Shown: positions 1 to 9,151 of the stretch, piece after piece
Numbering within the stretch: the stretch's first letter is position 1
How the letters are laid out: each line of letters starts with the position of its first letter
Assembly (NCBI GenBank): GCA_965277805.1
Contig: OZ255842.1
Location: 2,880,001 to 2,944,000, forward strand
Length of the DNA stretch: 64,000 nt
Direction: 5' to 3'
DNA from: Candidatus Lustribacter sp.
GTDB lineage: Bacteria; Vulcanimicrobiota; Vulcanimicrobiia; Vulcanimicrobiales; Vulcanimicrobiaceae
The notes under the pieces: model-generated
What the model was told of the DNA's origin: nothing
The model's input: the letters and a program-made list of their open reading frames with translations, nothing else
Database searches by the model: none
Translations under genes and position numbers: made by a program

Positions 1-474
1 GCGCGCGGAGAGCTCGCCGTCGAGTTCGCCGTAGGTGAGATCCTGCGATGGCGACAGCAGCACGATGCGGCCGCGCTCGTCGATCGTCGACGAGATCACG
101 CACAGCCCGCCGAGCACGGCGCGTTCGCCGAAACGCCGCTCGAGCACATCGAGATGGCGCATCCCGTTGAGCACCGGAACGATCGTCGTGTCACCGCCGA
201 CGGCGCGGGCAATGTCATCGAGCGCCGCGTCGAGAGCGAACGCCTTCACCGCCAGCAACACGACGTCATACGGCGCGCGGATATCCGCCGCGGTGATGAG
301 TTGCGGATCGTGCAGGGTGAAGTCGCGATCTTGACCGGTAATCTGCAGGCCGTCCGCGCGCAAGCGTTCGGCGCGCGCCCCGCGCACCAGGAACGTGACG
401 TCGCGTCCGGCGGCAGCCAGCCGTGCACCAAAATATCCGCCGATGGCGCCGGCACCGGCAACGAGAACACGCAT
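1..474 (-). CDS. panE: 2-dehydropantoate 2-reductase (ketopantoate reductase), runs off the window start
   Basis: Own translation from ATG at 474: MRVLVAGAGAIGGYFGARLAAAGRDVTFLVR...YDVVLLAVKAF...IVPVLNG. Rossmann GxGxxG plus the VK and LNG motifs of the PanE/ApbA family. Not in the ORF track because it is open at the edge. Confidence 0.9.
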   Translation of the reverse strand, partial: MRVLVAGAGAIGGYFGARLAAAGRDVTFLVRGARAERLRADGLQITGQDRDFTLHDPQLITAADIRAPYDVVLLAVKAFALDAALDDIARAVGGDTTIVPVLNGMRHLDVLERRFGERAVLGGLCVISSTIDERGRIVLLSPSQDLTYGELDGELSAR

Positions 475-492
475 TCGAACGTCCTTCGTCCG

Positions 493-501
493 TGGTAGAA
501 T
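493..501 (+). promoter_or_regulatory. Extended -10 promoter element (TG-g-TAGAAT), probably leaderless transcript
   Basis: TGGTAGAAT lies 6 nt before the ATG at 508 and there is no SD sequence. Confidence 0.55.
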
Positions 502-507
502 CTGCCC

Positions 508-1290
508 ATGCACCTGAATCTGTGGTGGCGCGCCGGCCTGGCAGCGATCGTCGCGGGCGCCGCACTTACGTGCGCCGCGCCCGCACGCGCCGCGAGCGTC
601 ACGATTCCCGCCGCCGGTTCGCTGCCGGCCATTCCCGGCAACCTGCAGCGGCCCGACGGCCCGGGACCGTTTCCCGCAGTGCTGATCCTGGCCGGTTGCG
701 AAGGCATCAGCTCGCTCGAAGGCAAGACGGCAGGCGAACTCGTGAAGCAGGGTTACGCCGCGCTCGTGCTCGACGTACTGGCAGCGCAAGGCATCAAGAA
801 CGCGTGCAGCGGGAGCGGCGGCGTTACAGCGCAGTCGGCGCGCCTTGCCTATGTGAGCCTCGCTTGGCTAGCGGCGCAACCCGGGATCATCCCCGACCAT
901 CTCGGCGTGATCGGTTTCTCCATGGGCGCAAACGAAATACTCGGTCTGGTCGATCCGCTCGTGCCGCACGCGCCGCCGCCGGGTCTCAAAGCTGCCGTCG
1001 CCTTCTATCCGGACTGCGCGCAACGGCGGCCAGACGTCAGCGTGCCGCTGCAACTCCTTGACGGCGATGCCGACGACTGGAATCCGGCGCCGCCCTGCGC
1101 GGCGCTCGCGCAAGCGGCTTCGGCGGCAGGCAAAACCGTGCAGATCACGACCTATCCGGGAGCCACGCACGCCTTCAATCTTCCCGGTCCGCAACGGACG
1201 TATCTGGGCCATACCCTGCGCTACGATGCCGGTGCCGATCGCGATTCGGACGCCAAGGCGCTCGCGTTTCTCGCAACCTACCTGAAGTAA
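508..1290 (+). CDS. Secreted dienelactone hydrolase family alpha/beta hydrolase
   Basis: Signal peptide (..APARA), GPGPFPAV, nucleophile elbow GFSMG, GDADDW and YPGATHAF. Confidence 0.85.
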   Translation: MHLNLWWRAGLAAIVAGAALTCAAPARAASVTIPAAGSLPAIPGNLQRPDGPGPFPAVLILAGCEGISSLEGKTAGELVKQGYAALVLDVLAAQGIKNACSGSGGVTAQSARLAYVSLAWLAAQPGIIPDHLGVIGFSMGANEILGLVDPLVPHAPPPGLKAAVAFYPDCAQRRPDVSVPLQLLDGDADDWNPAPPCAALAQAASAAGKTVQITTYPGATHAFNLPGPQRTYLGHTLRYDAGADRDSDAKALAFLATYLK

Positions 1291-1318
1291 AGGCCCGTCG
1301 CTTACCGAAGCCCCTTGT

Positions 1319-4270
1319 GTGGACACGGCATCGAGCGCCGCAATCCGGCAGAACGATTTGCTGGCGTTCGCCGAGGCGATCCCGGTTATCGTGTGGCGCA
1401 CGGATCCGGAAGGGCTCAACGACTATCTCAACGCGGCCTGGTATGAGTACACCGGCCTGACGGTCGAGCAATCGCACGGCACCGGCTGGACGATGGTCAT
1501 CCACCCCGACGATCGAGCGGTGACGCAAGAGCGGTGGGTCGCCTCGATTAGCGGCGGCACGTCAATCGACGTCGAGTTCCGCATGCGCGGACGGGACGAT
1601 GCGTACCGCTGGTTCCTGGTGCGCGGGCGGCCCTTACCCGCGCTCGACGGAACGATTACAGCGTGGTTCGGCACCGCCACCGACATCGACGTACACAAGC
1701 GCGCTGCGGAAGCGTTGGCGCGCGCGAAAAACCGGGCCGAGTTGCTGGCCGAAGCCGAGACGATCTTCGAGCGCTCGTTCGCAACTCCGCACGTCATCTC
1801 CGATCTCGCTACGCTCGCAGTCGGTACGTTCGCCACCTTTTGTTTTTACGACAGCAGCGATGCAAACGGCGCCCTCACGCGGCGCGCGGCGATGCATCGC
1901 GATCCGATCTGGCAATTGCGCTTCGACAACGCCGGGCCGAACGAACTGCCGTGGCGCCGGCAGGGCGGCGCCGATCGGGCGCTACTCGCCGGTGAACCGC
2001 GCTTTTACTCGCCCGTCGACGATGCATGGATCGAACGCACGTCGGCCGATCGCGAACAAGCCCAGGCGCTGCGCGCGCTCGAGGTCAATTCGATCATGGC
2101 CGTCCCGCTCGTTGCGCGCGGCCGGAACTTCGGCGTGCTCACCTTCGGCCGCAGCGGCAGCGTGCCCCCGTTCACCAGCGACGATTTCGACACCGCGAAA
2201 GAACTCGCGCGCCGTGCCGCCGCGACGCTCGAGAACGCGCACGTCTACGCGCTCTCGCGCGACAACGAGCGCCGCGCTGCCGCCATCGCCGACGCGGTGC
2301 CGCAAATTTTCTGGACCGCGCGCGCCGACGGCGTGATCGACTGGTACAACCTGCGCTGGTATGAATATACCGGGCAAACGCCCGCCGACGCGCCCGGCTT
2401 GGGCTGGGAATCGGTGCAGCATCCGCGCGATCTGGCCGACATCCAGAGCGAATGGCGGCGCTCGCTGATCGCGGGCAAACCGTTCGAGATGTCGCATCGC
2501 TTGCGCGGGCACGACGGCGTCTACCGCTGGTTTCTTACGCGCGTCGTTCCCCAAACCGGCGAAAACGGGGCGATCGCGCGCTGGTACGGCGCCACCACGA
2601 ACGTCGATGCGGAACGCCGCGCGACCCTGCAGCTCGCGTTCTTCGCCGAACTCGGTCAGCGCCTCACGTCGTTGCCCACGCTCGATGCCACGCTCGACGC
2701 GGTGGTCGAGTCGCTCGTTCCGAACTTCGCCGATTGGGCGATGGTCGAATTGGTCGAAGACGGCGCGACCTACGTCGCGGCAGCCGAACACGCCGTGCCG
2801 GTGCAGCGTCGCGAACTGCACCGCCTCCTCGGCCGGCGCGCGAGCGACGGCACGACGCTGGCGGTCGGGGACCAGGCGATCCAGAGCGGCCGCGCCGCCA
2901 TCACCTACAGCGAACGCTCCGCACCCGACGCGGGCGCGGCCGGCTTCACGAGCGCTGTGGCGGTGCCGCTCGTGGTGGAAGCGGGCGTACGCGGCGTGCT
3001 CACGCTTGCGATGGTCGAAGCGGCCGGCGCATTTTCCGATTCGGATCTGCCGTTCGTGCAAGAGATTGCGCGGCGCATCGCGCCGGCGCTCGCGCGTGCC
3101 GAGATCTACGAACGCGAACGCCGGATCGCACAAACGTTTCAGAACGCGGTCTTGCCGCGGCGGCTGCCGGATATTCCGGGCTTGCGGTTCGATGCGCTGT
3201 ACGAACCCGGCAAGGCCGAAGCGCTGGTCGGCGGCGATTGGTTCGATGCGTTCCGTCTTGCCGACGGACGGATCGTGCTCACGATCGGCGACGTCGTCGG
3301 CAGCGGTCTTGCGGCCGCTGCTGCGATGGGAGAGGCGCGCCAGAGCATCCGCGGGGCGGCCGCAATCAATCCCGATCCGGCGATCTTGTTGGACGCGGCG
3401 GATCGTATTCTCGCCGACAGCCCGGACGATCGTTACGCCACGGCGTGGGTCGGCATCATCGATCCGATCGACTTCTCACTGCGCTATGCCTCGGCCGGAC
3501 ATCCGCAGCCGATGGTGCGCGATCCGGACTCATCGGTGCGCCTGCTCGAAGCCGACGGCTTGCCGCTCGGACTTTCCGGATCGCTCGCGCAGCGGCGCAC
3601 GACCTACAGCACCTTCGTCGAACCCGGTGCGCTGCTACTGCTCTTCACCGACGGCCTGATCGAGAGCTCGCGCGACGCGCTACGCGACGAGGCGCTGCTC
3701 GCCGCGGCGCTCGCCGAAACCGCGTCCAGCGGGCGCTCGACCGCGCGCGAATTGCGCGATGCCGTGCTCGGCAGCGAAGCCGCGCACGACGACGTCGCGA
3801 TCTTACTGGTCGAGTTCGCCGAACGGCTCACCGAAAGCGCCGGGACCGTCCTCGCGCGACGCTGGAATTTCGACGTCGAAAACGTTGTGGAAGCGTCGGC
3901 CGCGCGCCACGAACTGGCCGACGATCTGCGCGCAGCGGGGATGCACGAAGATAACGTGGTGGTGGCCGAAATGATCGTGGCCGAGCTGCTCGGCAACGTC
4001 GTGCGCTACGCGGGCGGACGCGTCGACGTCATCCTCGATTCCTCAGCCGAAGTGCCGGTGGTGCACATCATCGATTCCGGCGCCGGCTTCGAGCGCAACC
4101 CGCGCCTGCCGGCCGACTTCTATGCCGAGAACGGCCGCGGACTGTTCATCGTCGCGGAGCTGGCGCGCGAGTTCACGATCTCGCGCGCACCGGGCGGCGG
4201 CAGCCACGCACGCGTCGTGCTCGAGACGCGCGGGAGCACTACCGCAGACGCATCGAAGCGTCGCGAATGA
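1319..4270 (+). CDS. Multi-sensor SpoIIE/PP2C phosphatase: PAS-GAF-PAS-GAF-PP2C with C-terminal RsbW-like HATPase
   Basis: Two PAS/PAC repeats (WYEYTG..HPDD..YRWFL), two GAF segments, PP2C motifs VGGDWFD, IGDVVGSG, SAGHP, LFTDGL and DDVAIL. C-terminal ELLGNVVRYA..DSGAG..GRGLFIV. Confidence 0.9.
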   Translation: MDTASSAAIRQNDLLAFAEAIPVIVWRTDPEGLNDYLNAAWYEYTGLTVEQSHGTGWTMVIHPDDRAVTQERWVASISGGTSIDVEFRMRGRDDAYRWFLVRGRPLPALDGTITAWFGTATDIDVHKRAAEALARAKNRAELLAEAETIFERSFATPHVISDLATLAVGTFATFCFYDSSDANGALTRRAAMHRDPIWQLRFDNAGPNELPWRRQGGADRALLAGEPRFYSPVDDAWIERTSADREQAQALRALEVNSIMAVPLVARGRNFGVLTFGRSGSVPPFTSDDFDTAKELARRAAATLENAHVYALSRDNERRAAAIADAVPQIFWTARADGVIDWYNLRWYEYTGQTPADAPGLGWESVQHPRDLADIQSEWRRSLIAGKPFEMSHRLRGHDGVYRWFLTRVVPQTGENGAIARWYGATTNVDAERRATLQLAFFAELGQRLTSLPTLDATLDAVVESLVPNFADWAMVELVEDGATYVAAAEHAVPVQRRELHRLLGRRASDGTTLAVGDQAIQSGRAAITYSERSAPDAGAAGFTSAVAVPLVVEAGVRGVLTLAMVEAAGAFSDSDLPFVQEIARRIAPALARAEIYERERRIAQTFQNAVLPRRLPDIPGLRFDALYEPGKAEALVGGDWFDAFRLADGRIVLTIGDVVGSGLAAAAAMGEARQSIRGAAAINPDPAILLDAADRILADSPDDRYATAWVGIIDPIDFSLRYASAGHPQPMVRDPDSSVRLLEADGLPLGLSGSLAQRRTTYSTFVEPGALLLLFTDGLIESSRDALRDEALLAAALAETASSGRSTARELRDAVLGSEAAHDDVAILLVEFAERLTESAGTVLARRWNFDVENVVEASAARHELADDLRAAGMHEDNVVVAEMIVAELLGNVVRYAGGRVDVILDSSAEVPVVHIIDSGAGFERNPRLPADFYAENGRGLFIVAELAREFTISRAPGGGSHARVVLETRGSTTADASKRRE

Positions 4271-5681
4271 TCTGCCACGCGAGGACGACGTCCTCACGGG
4301 TGGTGCGCTCGTTCCCGATCGCCAGGCGCAAGACCGTGCGCCCGCGCAGCTTGGTCGACGAGATGAAGATCCGGCCGTCCGCGTTCACGTCATCCATGAT
4401 CGCGGCGTTGAGCGCGTCCGCCGCCGCATCGTCGCCGTCCGCAGCCACGAACCGGAAGCACACGACCGAGAGCGGGTAGGGCGCGGCGATTTCGCACCCG
4501 GGCTCGCCTTCGACCCAGCTCGCGAACTCGCGCGCGAGCGCGATGTGCGCCCGCAGGTGTTGCTGCAATCCATGCACGCCGTAGGTGCGGATCGCGAACC
4601 ACAACTTGAGCGCGCGAAACCGGCGCCCCAGCTGGAGCCCGTAGTCCATGTAGTTGTGCACGTCGGTTTCCGGCGTCACCAGATAGTCGGCGACCAGGCT
4701 GAACGTGCGGCGCAAGAGTTCCGGATCGCGCACGTAGAGCACCGAAAGGTCGATCGGCACGAACAGCCATTTGTGCGGGTTGACGACGATCGATTCCGCA
4801 CCGTGCGCCGGATCGAGCAACGAGCGGAACTCGGGCAGAATCGCCGCCGGTCCCGCGTAGGCGGCATCGACGTGCAGCCAGACGTTTCGCGCGCGCGTGA
4901 TGGCGCGCATCGCGGCCACCGGATCGCTCGACGTGGTGGACGTCGTACCCACGGTTGCGACCGCGCACATCGGCCGCCGGCCGTGCGCGAGATCGTCGTC
5001 GAGCGCACGCGCCAGCGCGTCCGGCTGCATGCGGAAATCATCGTCGACCGGGACCTTCACGACGTTCTCGCGCCCGACGCCGAGCGCGATCGCGGCTTTT
5101 TCGATGTGCGAGTGCGTTTGATCCGTGATGTATACGCGCAGCACCGGCAGATCGGTGCGGCCGGCCATGCCGCGTTCGCGAATCTCGAGTCCGAGCGATT
5201 CGCGCGCCGCCGCCAGGGCCGTATAACCGCTGATCGAGGCGGTGTCGTAGATGATCCCGTGAAACACCGGTGGGAGGCCGAGCATCTCGCGCAGCCAGCG
5301 GAGCGTGACGTCTTCCAGTTCCGTCGCCGCGGGCGACGTGCGCCACAGCATCGCGTTGACGTCGAGCGCGGCGGCGAGCGCTTCGGCCATGATCGTCACC
5401 GGCGCCGCGCTGATCGAGAAATACGCGAAGAAGCGCGGATGATTCCAGTGCGTGATTCCCGGCACGACCAGCGTTTCGAAATCGCGGAAAATCGCATCGA
5501 ACGACTCGCCTTCGTCGGGCGGCGACGCCGGCAGCGCCGCGATCAAATCGCCGGGCTTCGCGCGCGATAACACCGGATACCGGCGCGTATCGCGCAGGTA
5601 CTCTTCGATCCAAGCCGCCACCCGCGCGAACCGCTCGCGAAATGCCCCCGCTTCAGTGATATCCGACGGTCTTGCACTCAC
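4239..5681 (-). CDS. PLP-dependent aromatic-L-amino-acid decarboxylase family protein (group II)
   Basis: PGITHWNHPRFFAYF, SPAATELE, HVDAAYAG, NPHKWL (PLP lysine) and LGRRFRALKLWF. Confidence 0.9.
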   Translation of the reverse strand: MSARPSDITEAGAFRERFARVAAWIEEYLRDTRRYPVLSRAKPGDLIAALPASPPDEGESFDAIFRDFETLVVPGITHWNHPRFFAYFSISAAPVTIMAEALAAALDVNAMLWRTSPAATELEDVTLRWLREMLGLPPVFHGIIYDTASISGYTALAAARESLGLEIRERGMAGRTDLPVLRVYITDQTHSHIEKAAIALGVGRENVVKVPVDDDFRMQPDALARALDDDLAHGRRPMCAVATVGTTSTTSSDPVAAMRAITRARNVWLHVDAAYAGPAAILPEFRSLLDPAHGAESIVVNPHKWLFVPIDLSVLYVRDPELLRRTFSLVADYLVTPETDVHNYMDYGLQLGRRFRALKLWFAIRTYGVHGLQQHLRAHIALAREFASWVEGEPGCEIAAPYPLSVVCFRFVAADGDDAAADALNAAIMDDVNADGRIFISSTKLRGRTVLRLAIGNERTTREDVVLAWQIIRDASMRLR

Positions 5682-5742
5682 GCCCGACCGGTTTGCCCCG
5701 GCGGCAAGACGGCCCTACGCCCGGGCCGAAGCGTTCACGCAC

Positions 5743-6126
5743 ATGGCAGAACACACCGCAATCCTCACCGCCGGTGCACCCGCGCCGGTCGGCCCCTACA
5801 GCCAAGCGATCCGCAGCGACGGCTTCGTCTTTTGCAGCGGTCAGGTCGGTCTCGATCCCGCGACCGGCAAGATCGTTGAGGGCGGCGTCGGCGCGCAGGC
5901 GCGGCAAGTTCTCGACAACCTCGCCGCGGTGCTCGCGAGCGCCGGCTTGACGTTCGAGTCGATCGTGAAGACCACGATCTTTCTCGTCGACATCAACGAC
6001 TTCGCCGCCGTCAATGCCGTCTACGGCGAGCGTATGGGCACGCCGCCACCGGCACGCTCCACGATCGCCGTGGCCGCGCTGCCGCTCGGTGCGCTCGTGG
6101 AAATCGAGGCCGTCGCCCGGGCCTAA
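5743..6126 (+). CDS. ridA: RidA/YjgF family enamine deaminase
   Basis: [36 protein letters not shown]. Start placed at ATG 5743. Confidence 0.9.
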   Translation: MAEHTAILTAGAPAPVGPYSQAIRSDGFVFCSGQVGLDPATGKIVEGGVGAQARQVLDNLAAVLASAGLTFESIVKTTIFLVDINDFAAVNAVYGERMGTPPPARSTIAVAALPLGALVEIEAVARA

Positions 6127-6202
6127 CCAACGCAAGCGGCCATTCTCGCGAAACGACAAAAATCGCCGAGGGGAACGCCGCGCCCGCGCCGGAGAGTACC
6201 TC

Positions 6203-7606
6203 ATGAGCACAACACTCAATGGTGCCGGAACGCGCACCGAATCCGACAGCATGGGCAAGATCGAGGTACCGAACGACCGGTACTACGGTGCGCAATCGGC
6301 CCGGTCGCTGATCCACTTCGACATCGGCGACGACGTGATGCCGGCCGAAGTGATCAAGGCGATGGGCACCTTGAAAAAGGCCGCCGCCCTCGTCAACCAC
6401 GACCTCGGCAAACTCGACGACGAGAAGACCAAACTGATCGTTGCGGCAGCCGACGAGGTGATCTCGGGCAAACTCGCCGGGCACTTCCCGTTGCGCGTGT
6501 GGCAAACCGGCAGCGGCACGCAAACGAACATGAACGTCAACGAAGTGATCTCGAACCGTGCGATCGAGATGGCCGGCGGCGAGATGGGTTCGAAGAAACC
6601 GATCCATCCCAACGACCACGTCAACATGTCGCAATCCTCGAACGATACGTTCCCGACGGCAATGCACATGGCCGCCGCGGCGGGCATGGTCGCGATGATT
6701 CCGCAGGTCGAAAAATTGCGCGACGCGCTCGACGAAAAAGCCGTCGCGTGGGCAAACATCGTGAAGGTCGGCCGCACGCATCTGCAAGATGCGACGCCGT
6801 TGACGCTCGGTCAGGAATTTTCGGGCTACGTCACGCAGCTCGACCGCGACGTCCAGCGCTGCCGCGAAGCGCTCGACGGTCTCTACGATCTCGCGGTCGG
6901 CGGTACGGCCGTCGGCACGGGCCTCAACGCGCATCCTGAATTCGCCGAGCGCGCCGCGCGGAAGATCGCCGAGCTCACCGGCCTGCCGTTCCGCTCGCAT
7001 CCGAACAAGTTCACGGCCCTCGCATCGCACGACGAAGTCGTGTACGCGTCGGGCGCGCTCAAGACGCTCGCCGCATCGTTGATGAAGATCGCCAACGACA
7101 TCCGCTGGCTCGGCTCGGGTCCGCGCGCCGGCATCGGCGAACTGATCCTGCCCGAGAACGAACCGGGCTCCTCGATCATGCCGGGCAAGGTCAATCCCAC
7201 GCAGTGCGAGGCGATGACGATGGTCGCCGTGCAAGTGTTCGGAAACGACCTCGCGATCTCGTTCGCGGGATCGCAGGGCAACTTCGAACTCAACGTGTTC
7301 AACCCGGTCATGATCCTCAACTTCCTGCAGTCGACGACGCTGATCCGCGACACGTGCCGTTCGTTCCGCGAACATCTGGTCGAAGAGCTGGTCCCGAATG
7401 AGCCGGTCATCGCGCGGTATCTCAAAGAATCCCTGATGCTGGTCACGGCGCTCGCCCCGCACATCGGTTACGACAAGGCCGCGGAAATCGCCAAAAAGGC
7501 CAACCACGAGAACAAAAATCTCAAAGAAACGGCGCTCGAACTCGGCTACGTCAGCTCGGACGATTTCGACAAATTTGTCGTTCCAGCCGATATGACGCAC
7601 CCATAG
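6203..7606 (+). CDS. fumC: Class II fumarate hydratase
   Basis: [54 protein letters not shown] before ATG 6203. Confidence 0.97.
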   Translation: MSTTLNGAGTRTESDSMGKIEVPNDRYYGAQSARSLIHFDIGDDVMPAEVIKAMGTLKKAAALVNHDLGKLDDEKTKLIVAAADEVISGKLAGHFPLRVWQTGSGTQTNMNVNEVISNRAIEMAGGEMGSKKPIHPNDHVNMSQSSNDTFPTAMHMAAAAGMVAMIPQVEKLRDALDEKAVAWANIVKVGRTHLQDATPLTLGQEFSGYVTQLDRDVQRCREALDGLYDLAVGGTAVGTGLNAHPEFAERAARKIAELTGLPFRSHPNKFTALASHDEVVYASGALKTLAASLMKIANDIRWLGSGPRAGIGELILPENEPGSSIMPGKVNPTQCEAMTMVAVQVFGNDLAISFAGSQGNFELNVFNPVMILNFLQSTTLIRDTCRSFREHLVEELVPNEPVIARYLKESLMLVTALAPHIGYDKAAEIAKKANHENKNLKETALELGYVSSDDFDKFVVPADMTHP

Positions 7607-7648
7607 GGCCGTTACACTGCTGTAACGCTAGCGTTACACGAACGATAC

Positions 7649-7689
7649 AAAAGAAGTGAGATGGTCAAGGGGGCTGCCTCACTTCTTTT
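7649..7689 (+). terminator. Probable intrinsic terminator after fumC (possibly bidirectional)
   Basis: Perfect 12-bp inverted repeat AAAAGAAGTGAG / CTCACTTCTTTT with a 17-nt loop, followed by CATTTT. Confidence 0.5.
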
Positions 7690-7732
7690 CATTTTCGCTA
7701 GTTAGCGCTTGCCTTCTGCCGAAGGCTAGAGT

Positions 7733-9151
7733 GTGAAGACATCCGTCGACACGGTGGAGGTCATCGAACGGCCCGGCGCCGGCAGCGAATTTCGCAGCGT
7801 GACGCGCTACGGTCTCATTCTCGTCGTCGCTTCGCTCGTGATCACGCCGGTAGCAAGCATCGCACTCGGCGTTTCGTATCCGCTCCTTGCGATGCTCCTC
7901 GCCGCCTCGATCATGGCGTCGGCAATCACGGCGCTGCTGCTGCTCGTGCAAGCCCGCGCGGTTGGATCGGTGCCGACCGCGGTGCTCGGGGCCGGCTTCG
8001 CCTATGCCGCCGCGACGACGATCCCGTATGCGATGCTCTACCCCGGCATGTTTCCCGGCCTCGCCGATGCACTGCACGCAAGCTCCAGCGCCCACGGATA
8101 TCTCTGGTTCTTGTGGCAAGCCGCCTTGCTCATCGCGCTGCTCGCCTACCAATGGCTGCGTCTCGCCGAGCGCAGCGATCCGACGGCCCGGGTCCGCGGA
8201 CGCCTGGTGATTGCCGGTTTGACGTTGGCGTATATCGTGCTGACGCCGCTCGCGATTTGGCTTCCGGTATACTCGCTCACGCTCGACGACGGCAGCTGGG
8301 CCCCCACGGTGTCCTCGTTCATGATACCGGTGGTCGTGCTGCTCGCGGCGGCGGCGGTGATCGAGACGTTTCGCTCGCGGCGGCGCGCCAACGTCCTCGA
8401 CCTTTGGATGGGTATCGTCGCGTTGGGCGTGGCCGTCGAGATGTACCTCACGTTGATCGGCGGCGCGCCGTTCACGATCGGCTGGTATTGCTCCCACGCG
8501 GTGGCGCTGTTGGCGACGAGCGCGGTGCTCGCGGTGCTGCTCGTTCAGGCCGCGCACGTCTACGCCGACCTGATCGCCCGCGCCGTGGTACTCGAGGGCG
8601 AAGCGCACACCGATATTCTGAGCGGCCTGCCGAACCGGCGGCGCTTCGATGAAGAATTCGCGCGTGCGTTCGGGTCGGCGATCCGCCGTTCGAGCCCGAT
8701 CGGCGTGGCCATCATCGACATCGATCACTTCAAGAACTACAACGACGCATTCGGTCATCAGGCGGGTGACGTTGCGCTGCACCGCATCGCACAAGCGATC
8801 GCGGAATCGGTCGAACGGAGCGGCGATTTCGCCGCGCGCTACGGCGGTGAAGAGTTCGTCGTCATCCTCGAAGATACGACGCTGGCGGGCGCGGCCGGCG
8901 TCGGCGAACGGATACGCAGCGCCGTGCTCGATGCCGGCATTCCGAGCCCGAACGGCGGCTTGCTGTCGGTCAGCGTCGGCGTTGCGGCCCGCTTGCCGGG
9001 CAGCACGGGTGAGACGCTGTTGCGCCAGGCCGACGCCGCCCTCTATGATGCGAAGAACGCCGGCCGCAATCGCGTTGCGGCCTGGCGTTCACCCGAAGGC
9101 GCGCCGATCGGCAGCGCCTACGATGACGCGCCGCTAATGGACGAGCGGTAG
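7733..9151 (+). CDS. Membrane-bound diguanylate cyclase (MASE4-like N-terminus plus GGDEF)
   Basis: About 8 TM helices, then TDILSGLPNRR, DIDHFK, ND.FGH and ARYGGEEF with an RxxD I-site (RSGD). Exact start uncertain. Confidence 0.9.
   Translation: MKTSVDTVEVIERPGAGSEFRSVTRYGLILVVASLVITPVASIALGVSYPLLAMLLAASIMASAITALLLLVQARAVGSVPTAVLGAGFAYAAATTIPYAMLYPGMFPGLADALHASSSAHGYLWFLWQAALLIALLAYQWLRLAERSDPTARVRGRLVIAGLTLAYIVLTPLAIWLPVYSLTLDDGSWAPTVSSFMIPVVVLLAAAAVIETFRSRRRANVLDLWMGIVALGVAVEMYLTLIGGAPFTIGWYCSHAVALLATSAVLAVLLVQAAHVYADLIARAVVLEGEAHTDILSGLPNRRRFDEEFARAFGSAIRRSSPIGVAIIDIDHFKNYNDAFGHQAGDVALHRIAQAIAESVERSGDFAARYGGEEFVVILEDTTLAGAAGVGERIRSAVLDAGIPSPNGGLLSVSVGVAARLPGSTGETLLRQADAALYDAKNAGRNRVAAWRSPEGAPIGSAYDDAPLMDER

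Noticed and set aside
6011-7600. Long antisense and alternate-frame ORFs (e.g. 6011-7600, 4122-5570, 16446-18719, 26859-28493)
   Set aside because: Shadows of well-supported genes, expected in high-GC DNA, with Arg/Ala-rich translations and no motifs.
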